Below the pieces are notes generated by a model. That model saw only the letters and a program-made list of their open reading frames with translations, searched no databases and was not told the origin of the DNA. Shown one piece after another: positions 58,916 to 64,000 of a stretch of 64,000 bases of DNA. The stretch is from NCBI GenBank assembly GCA_937908015.1, contig CALERC010000361.1, positions 80 to 64,079 on the forward strand. Reading direction: 5' to 3'. Source of the DNA: an uncultured Actinomycetes bacterium (GTDB lineage Bacteria; Actinomycetota; Thermoleophilia; Solirubrobacterales; 70-9). A program made the position numbers and the translations under genes. Numbering within the stretch: the first letter of the stretch is position 1; every line of letters begins with the position of its first letter.

Positions 58916-59900
58916 CGATCTCGAGCTCCCCGGTGCGGCGGCGGCGGAACTGCGCCGACAGCGCGATCGCGATGATGATCGCCGAGCCGTTGAAGACGTT
59001 GGTCACCCAGGGCGGCGTGCCGACCAGGGCGAGGCCGCTGACCGTGGTGCCGAGGAAGAACAGGGCGATCAGGGTGCCGGGGACGTTGAAGCGACCGGGG
59101 CGCCAGGTGGTGGCGCCGAGGAAGACGGCGGCGATCGCGGGCAGGATGAAGGTGATGCCGGTGACCTGCGGGTCGGCGGCGCCCTGGGCTCCCACCTGCA
59201 TGATCCCGGCGACGGCGCCGAGCAGCCCGGCCGAGACGAAGCTGAGGACGACGATCGGCCGCACCTTCAGGCCGGTCAGTTTGGCCGCCCGCAGGTTCAC
59301 CCCGACCGCCTCCAGCCGGCGGCCGAACGCTGTCTGGGTGATCAGGTACCAGACGATCACGCTGAAGACCAGGGTGACGATGAAGAGGACGGGGATCCCG
59401 GCCACGGTTTCGATGCCGATGTTGGTCAGGGTGGTCGAGAGCCCGGAGCTGACCGGGGTGCCGTGGGTGTAGGCGCTGACCAGGCCGACCAGCACGGTCG
59501 AGGTGCCGAGCGTGCCGATGATCGAGCTGACCCCGAGGTAGGCGACGATGACCCCGTTGAAGAGGCCGACGATCGCGCCGCAGGCCAGGGCGACGAACAT
59601 CGCGGGCACCAGCGGCAGGCCCGATTTCGACATCGCCGCGGCGACCGCGATCGCGCAGACGCCGATCGTCGCGCCGACCGAGACGTCGAAACGCCCGCCG
59701 ATCAGCGGCGGCAGCAGGGCCAGCGAAGCGACCGCGCCGACCGACAGCGTGGTGGCGATCGAGCGGAAGTTCGCAGCGGTGGCGAAGGTTTCCGGCCGCC
59801 AGATGCTGAAGACGACGATGACGATGGCGAACAGCAGGATCAGGCCGAAGCGCTCGAGCAGGTCGAGCGGATCGGTGACCGCGCCTTGCAGGCGCTTCAT
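58908..59900 (-). CDS. CUT2 ABC transporter permease
   Basis: 330 aa from ATG 59900 (ATGA overlap with the ATPase stop). Multi-TM RbsC-like. Confidence 0.88.
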   Translation of the reverse strand: MKRLQGAVTDPLDLLERFGLILLFAIVIVVFSIWRPETFATAANFRSIATTLSVGAVASLALLPPLIGGRFDVSVGATIGVCAIAVAAAMSKSGLPLVPAMFVALACGAIVGLFNGVIVAYLGVSSIIGTLGTSTVLVGLVSAYTHGTPVSSGLSTTLTNIGIETVAGIPVLFIVTLVFSVIVWYLITQTAFGRRLEAVGVNLRAAKLTGLKVRPIVVLSFVSAGLLGAVAGIMQVGAQGAADPQVTGITFILPAIAAVFLGATTWRPGRFNVPGTLIALFFLGTTVSGLALVGTPPWVTNVFNGSAIIIAIALSAQFRRRRTGELEIGD

Positions 59901-61426
59901 GCAGCCTCCTTTGCGTCGTAGACGAGTTCGGTGATCGCCTGCGCGTCGAGATCGGTCGTCGGGGCGGCGGAGATCGTCCCCGCCCGCATCACCAGGACCC
60001 GGTCGACCACCCGCGAGAGCTCCTCGAAGTCGGAGGAGACGAGCAGGACCGCCAGCCCCTCGGCCACCGCGCCGTCGATGATCGAGTAGACGTCGGCCCG
60101 CGCCCCTACGTCGACGCCGTGGGTCGGCTCGTCGAGCAGCAGCAGCCGCGGTTGCAGGCGCAGCCAACGCGCGAGCACCGTCTTCTGCTGGTTGCCGCCC
60201 GAGAGCGAGGAGAAGACGGCGCGCTGGCCGGCGGCACGGATCGAGAAGCGCTCCATGTCGCGGCCGGCGTCGGCGCGCTCGGCGCGATGGTCGAAGAGGG
60301 GCCCGCGGCGGTAGGAGCCGACGTCGGCCAGCGAGAGGTTCTCGCGCACGGTCAGCTCAGGAAAGGCGGCGTCGATGCCGCGCTGCTCGGGGACGTAGGC
60401 GATCCCCAGGTCCATCGCCGCGGTCGGCGAGGAGGGCGCGATCGGCTCGCCGTAGAGCTCGATCTCCCCAGCCTCGCGGGGGTAGGCACCGAAGATCATC
60501 CGCAGCAACTCGGTGCGGCCCGAGCCGAGCAGGCCGGCGAGGCCGACCACTTCGCCCTGGCGGATCTCGAAGGAGGCGTCGCGGACGGGTTCGCCGCGCA
60601 GGCCGGCGACGCGGAGCGCGGTCGGCCGCTCGGCGGCGACCTCGGGCGGGCGGGGGAAGACGGTCTGGACGGAGCGGCCGACGATGTGCCGGATCAGCTC
60701 CTCCTCGGTGAGGCCCGCGGCGCCGCGGGTGATCACCTCGCGGCCGTCGCGCAGGACGGTGACCGCGTCGGCGATCGCCAGCACCTCGTCGATCCGGTGG
60801 CTGACCAGGAGGATCGTCTGGCCGGAGGCGGCGCAACGGCGCACCGCATCGAGCAGCAGCTCGACCTCGTGGCGCGGCAGGGAGGCAGTGGGCTCGTCGA
60901 GGACCAGCATCGCGAGGCCGCTGGAGTCGTCCTCGAGCGCCCGCGCGACGGCGACCATCGTCTGGTCGGCGGGGCGCAGCTCCGCCATCGGCTGATCCGG
61001 CCGCGCCTCGACTTCGAAGCGGGCGAGCAACGCGGCGGTGCGCTTGTGGAGGCTCCGCCAGGGCACCCGACCGCGGCCCTCGAAGCCGTTGACCAGGCCG
61101 ATGTTCTCGGCCACGGTCAGCTCCGGAAACACCCCGATGTCCTGGTGGACGAAGCGCAGCCCGAGACTCGCCGCCAGGTCGGGGGTCATCTCGTCGGCCG
61201 GCGCCGCTTCGCCGGCGAGGTCGATGACACCACCGGGATCGGCCCGGTAGACGCCGGCCAGGATCTTGATCAGCGTCGACTTCCCCGACCCGTTGCCGCC
61301 GAGCAGCGCGTGCACGCTGCCCGGGGCAACATCGAAGGAGACCGCGTCCAGGGCCTTCGTGCCCGCGAACGTCTTGCTGACGTCGCGGACCGAAAGCGCG
61401 GCAGTCGTGGTCCCGGTCGAGGTCAC
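59897..61426 (-). CDS. CUT2 ABC transporter ATP-binding protein (two fused ABC domains)
   Basis: 509 aa. 'GGNGSGKST', 'LVLDEPT', 'LSGGNQQK', 'LLLDEPT'. Confidence 0.93.
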   Translation of the reverse strand: MTSTGTTTAALSVRDVSKTFAGTKALDAVSFDVAPGSVHALLGGNGSGKSTLIKILAGVYRADPGGVIDLAGEAAPADEMTPDLAASLGLRFVHQDIGVFPELTVAENIGLVNGFEGRGRVPWRSLHKRTAALLARFEVEARPDQPMAELRPADQTMVAVARALEDDSSGLAMLVLDEPTASLPRHEVELLLDAVRRCAASGQTILLVSHRIDEVLAIADAVTVLRDGREVITRGAAGLTEEELIRHIVGRSVQTVFPRPPEVAAERPTALRVAGLRGEPVRDASFEIRQGEVVGLAGLLGSGRTELLRMIFGAYPREAGEIELYGEPIAPSSPTAAMDLGIAYVPEQRGIDAAFPELTVRENLSLADVGSYRRGPLFDHRAERADAGRDMERFSIRAAGQRAVFSSLSGGNQQKTVLARWLRLQPRLLLLDEPTHGVDVGARADVYSIIDGAVAEGLAVLLVSSDFEELSRVVDRVLVMRAGTISAAPTTDLDAQAITELVYDAKEAA

Positions 61427-61430
61427 TCGA

Positions 61431-62594
61431 TCAACCGTTCCAGATCTTTTCGAATTCGCCCTGGTAGTCGGGCGTCTTGATTTCTTCGCCCTCGGCGGGG
61501 ACGTGTTCCTTGTCGATCAGCACCCAGCCGCCGCCCTCGTCGGGGAATTCCTTGCTGTTGGCAAAGACCCGGTTGAGGGTGTCGGCCTCGCCCCACATCT
61601 GCCAGGCGAAGCCGGGCGGGATCGCGAGCGCGGCGCTCTCGAAGCCTTCCCGGATCAGTTCCTGGTTCGGCGGCGGGCCCTCGGCGCCCATGACGAAGAG
61701 GTTGCGGTTGCCGGACTGCTGGATCGCGCTGCGCAGGCCGAGGTTCATGATGTCGTCGGAGCTGGCGACGAGGACGGTGGCGTCCGGGTTCTGCTGGATC
61801 GCCGACTTCCAGATCTGCGTCGCTTCCTGGGGCACCTGGGCGTACTGCCATTTGACCGGGACCAGGGTGCATTCCGGGCATTTCGCCTCGACCGTCTTCT
61901 TGAAGGCCTCGGACTTCACCTTCGAGTTGGTCAGGCTCTGCTCTTCCAGCTGCAGAATCTTCTGGTCGCCGCCGCCGGTGAGGGCCAGCATCGCTTCCGC
62001 GCGGGCCGTTTCGTAGGAGTCGATGTAGTTTTCGAACGAGGGTCCGCCGAGGACGTTCTCGGTTTTCGTGAACAGCGGTTCGCCGCCGCCGAAGGCCTTG
62101 AAGTCGCAGTCGAAGCCGCCGAAGTTGACGACCGGGATGTCGGCGGCTTTGGCCGCCAGCAGGCCCGACTTGATCGTCGGGCAGTCCCAGGCGATCGAGG
62201 CGATGCCGTCGACGTGCGCGGCGACCGCCTGTTTGATCAGTTCGTTGGCTTTCGACGGGTTCGCTTCGCCGTCGACGACGGTGACCTTCCAGCCCAGCGC
62301 GGTCCCGGCTTCCTTGAATTTTTCCGACGCGATGGAGCAGTTTTCGAAGGCCTGGCCACAGGAGATGAACCAGACTTCCTTGCCTTCTTCCGCCGCCGGC
62401 CCGGAGGTGGGCGGCATCGTCCATTCGCCCGCGTAGAGCGCGTCCAGCTCTTTCGCTTCGCCGCCCTTCGTTTCGCTCGTCGTCGTGCCGCTGCTGCTGC
62501 TGCCGGAGCCACAGGCCGTGAGGGCCGCGGCAAGCACCGCCACGAGCCCGACCGCCAGCACCAAGCGGACAGCAACAGATCGTCCTCTGGACAT
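61431..62594 (-). CDS. CUT2-type solute-binding lipoprotein, paralog 4 (more divergent; with cognate transporter)
   Basis: 387 aa, with RBS AAGGAGAG. Lipobox 'LTAC', Ser/Thr linker, C-terminus 'FEKIWNG'. Confidence 0.9.
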   Translation of the reverse strand: MSRGRSVAVRLVLAVGLVAVLAAALTACGSGSSSSGTTTSETKGGEAKELDALYAGEWTMPPTSGPAAEEGKEVWFISCGQAFENCSIASEKFKEAGTALGWKVTVVDGEANPSKANELIKQAVAAHVDGIASIAWDCPTIKSGLLAAKAADIPVVNFGGFDCDFKAFGGGEPLFTKTENVLGGPSFENYIDSYETARAEAMLALTGGGDQKILQLEEQSLTNSKVKSEAFKKTVEAKCPECTLVPVKWQYAQVPQEATQIWKSAIQQNPDATVLVASSDDIMNLGLRSAIQQSGNRNLFVMGAEGPPPNQELIREGFESAALAIPPGFAWQMWGEADTLNRVFANSKEFPDEGGGWVLIDKEHVPAEGEEIKTPDYQGEFEKIWNG

Positions 62595-62773
62595 CTATCT
62601 CTCCTTCGGTTCCCAGTATCCCGGCGCGGGGCCGCGCCTGGGCGAGGACTATACCGAACATCCGGTACAACGCGAAGAAGACAGAGAACTTAGCTTATAC
62701 AAACCAAATTACACGGCAGTGCGCCGATCCAGACGCCCGACAAGGACCCGCGACGGGGGCGAATCGGGGTTGG

Positions 62774-63124
62774 CTAGGCGGCGACGCGGCGCTCGCGCGC
62801 CAGCCACCAGTCGACGACGTAGCCGCCGAACGGGACGACCGCCCCGACCAGGATCCAGAAGGTGACCTTCGCGCTCCAGCGCTCCGCCGTGCGGATCGCG
62901 AAGACGTTGATCACGTAGGCGAGGAAGAGGGCGCCGTGGATCGGGCCGAGGATCGAGACGCCGGTCGCGCCGCCGTCGCTGTGTTTGATCACGGTGGCGA
63001 CGAGCAGCGCCAGGAAGCTGGTGGCCTCGAGCAGCGCGATGTAGCGGAAGGACTTCAGGGACAGAGTCACTGCCGTCCAGGGTAGGCGGCGCGGCCCGAT
63101 CCCGAGGTGATGCGGATCACTCAA
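62774..63124 (-). CDS. DUF3817-like small integral membrane protein
   Basis: 'FRYIALLEATSFLALLVATVIKH...GPIHGALFLAYV...VPFGGYVVDWWL'. The start is uncertain: ATG 63124 or GTG 63070. Confidence 0.7.
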   Translation of the reverse strand: MSDPHHLGIGPRRLPWTAVTLSLKSFRYIALLEATSFLALLVATVIKHSDGGATGVSILGPIHGALFLAYVINVFAIRTAERWSAKVTFWILVGAVVPFGGYVVDWWLARERRVAA

Positions 63125-63203
63125 TCAACCAGGATCACCGTCGAAGCGGGGAAGGAAGCAGAGTGCCGCGAGACCGTCTACGAACCGAGCGCCGAAGGCG
63201 GCC

Positions 63204-63899
63204 TCAGTCGGCGATCAGCTCGCTGAGGGGGCGCCGCTGCCGGCCCTCGGCGTCGAAGTTGCCGGGATCGAGGAAGGTCTCGAAGCCGGCCTCGATCCGC
63301 GGCCACTCGCTGTCGACGATCGAGTACCAGGCGGTGTCGCGGTTGCGGCCCTTGACCACGATGTGCTGGCGGAAGATGCCCTCGAAGGTGAAGCCGAAGC
63401 GCTCCGCGGCCCGCCGCGAGGGGGCGTTCAGGGCGTTGCACTTCCACTCGAAGCGGCGGTAGCCCAGATCTCGGAAGGCGTGCCGGGCGAGCAGGTAGAT
63501 CGCCTCCGTCGCCGCCGTTGTCCGCCGGAGGCGCGGCCCGAACCAGATGTTGCCGATCTCGATCGACCCCATCGGCGCATCGATCCGCATGTAGGTGCAC
63601 TGGCCCGCCGCGACCCCGAGGTCCCGCGGTTCGATCGCGAAGAAGATCGGGTCGTCGCCGGCCGCCGCCGGAACCAGCAGCGCCCGCATCTCCTCGACGT
63701 CGTCGAAGGGCCCCTCGAAGAGGTAGTCCCAGATCTCCGGATCCCCGTCGGGCTCGTGCGATTCGCGGAAAAGCGCCTCGACGTCGCGGTCGACGTCGAG
63801 CGGCCGCAGCACGACCGTCCGCCCCTCCAGCGGCTCCTTGGCCGGGACCTTCGCCCCGCCCCACTCCACCTTCTCGCCCAGCGGCCGCACCTCGCTCAT
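63204..63899 (-). CDS. GNAT family N-acetyltransferase (RimJ/RimL-like)
   Basis: 231 aa. 'IEIGNIWFGPRLRRTTAATEAIYLLARHAFRDLGYRRFEWKCNALNAPSRRAAERFGFTFEG'. Confidence 0.88.
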   Translation of the reverse strand: MSEVRPLGEKVEWGGAKVPAKEPLEGRTVVLRPLDVDRDVEALFRESHEPDGDPEIWDYLFEGPFDDVEEMRALLVPAAAGDDPIFFAIEPRDLGVAAGQCTYMRIDAPMGSIEIGNIWFGPRLRRTTAATEAIYLLARHAFRDLGYRRFEWKCNALNAPSRRAAERFGFTFEGIFRQHIVVKGRNRDTAWYSIVDSEWPRIEAGFETFLDPGNFDAEGRQRRPLSELIAD

Positions 63900-64000
63900 A
63901 CCCCGATGCTAACCAGGCGACTGAGGCCGCCCGACCCGGATACTCGTCGTTCCCAGTAGCCGGCAAAGGGCCTGTTAAGTAATGCTTTCCATACTCTGAA

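Noticed and set aside
1-64000. Whole region as a horizontally acquired genomic island or mobile element.
   Set aside because: I saw no integrase, transposase, flanking tRNA or direct repeats, and no obvious compositional break. Only short promoter-sized AT-rich patches occur. The paralogy looks like internal duplication rather than import.
63960-64000. Lower-GC tail at the window end (CTGTTAAGTAATGCTTTCCATACTCTGAA).
   Set aside because: It is too short and is cut by the window edge, so it cannot be interpreted. It could be a promoter or the start of another feature.

Overview
Very GC-rich window (roughly 70% by eye, not computed). The codon bias, lipoprotein signals, 4-nt start/stop overlaps and mycofactocin-type SDRs look Actinomycetota-like. 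I call about 63 protein-coding genes. I found no rRNA, tRNA, CRISPR array, transposase or integrase. Most long ORFs in the supplied track that overlap these genes are GC-driven shadow ORFs or run-through N-terminal extensions, so I re-set many starts using RBS or start/stop coupling.

Contents, left to right:
- 24-4664: a membrane sensor kinase, then a small-protein trio (PLDc_N/SHOCT, DUF6325-like, SHOCT) and a DHA2-type MFS transporter interrupted by an in-frame TAA.
- 4952-7248: a VapBC-like toxin-antitoxin pair, and an ECF sigma factor with a C-terminal extension followed by a YceI-like gene.
- 7272-62594: a dense catabolic region with 8 SDRs, 4 Zn-ADH/MDRs, 2 beta-hydroxyacid dehydrogenases, 4 GntR regulators and 1 TetR regulator, 4 paralogous CUT2-type solute-binding lipoproteins (two of them without transporter partners) and two complete CUT2 ABC importers.
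- 62774-63899: a DUF3817 membrane protein and a GNAT acetyltransferase.

Three long, translationally coupled minus-strand gene runs stand out:
- 24816->12403: esterase, Baeyer-Villiger monooxygenase, CUT2 ABC importer, CMD protein, GMC dehydrogenase pair, ALDH, lactonase.
- 42768->31011: 12 genes including two MBL lactonase-like proteins, a tandem-CMD protein, a 130-aa protein with no domain I recognise, a cupin, a mycofactocin-type SDR, a 990-aa FAD/Fe-S oxidase, a cyclase and an HpcH aldolase.
- 62594->47115: ABC importer, cupin, amidohydrolase, ADH, TetR, then a CoA-dependent module ending in DUF3500.

The best candidates for something undescribed are:
- the 12-gene operon and its unknown 130-aa member;
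- the pairing of a BVMO with a sugar-type importer;
- a repeated ~37-bp promoter/operator cassette whose core is a perfect GntR-type box (TCGTCATACAA), apparently wiring several of these units into one regulon;
- two unusually long, hairpin-dense noncoding spacers between convergent genes that share short motifs.

All functional calls come from reading motifs in the translations. No database search was run.
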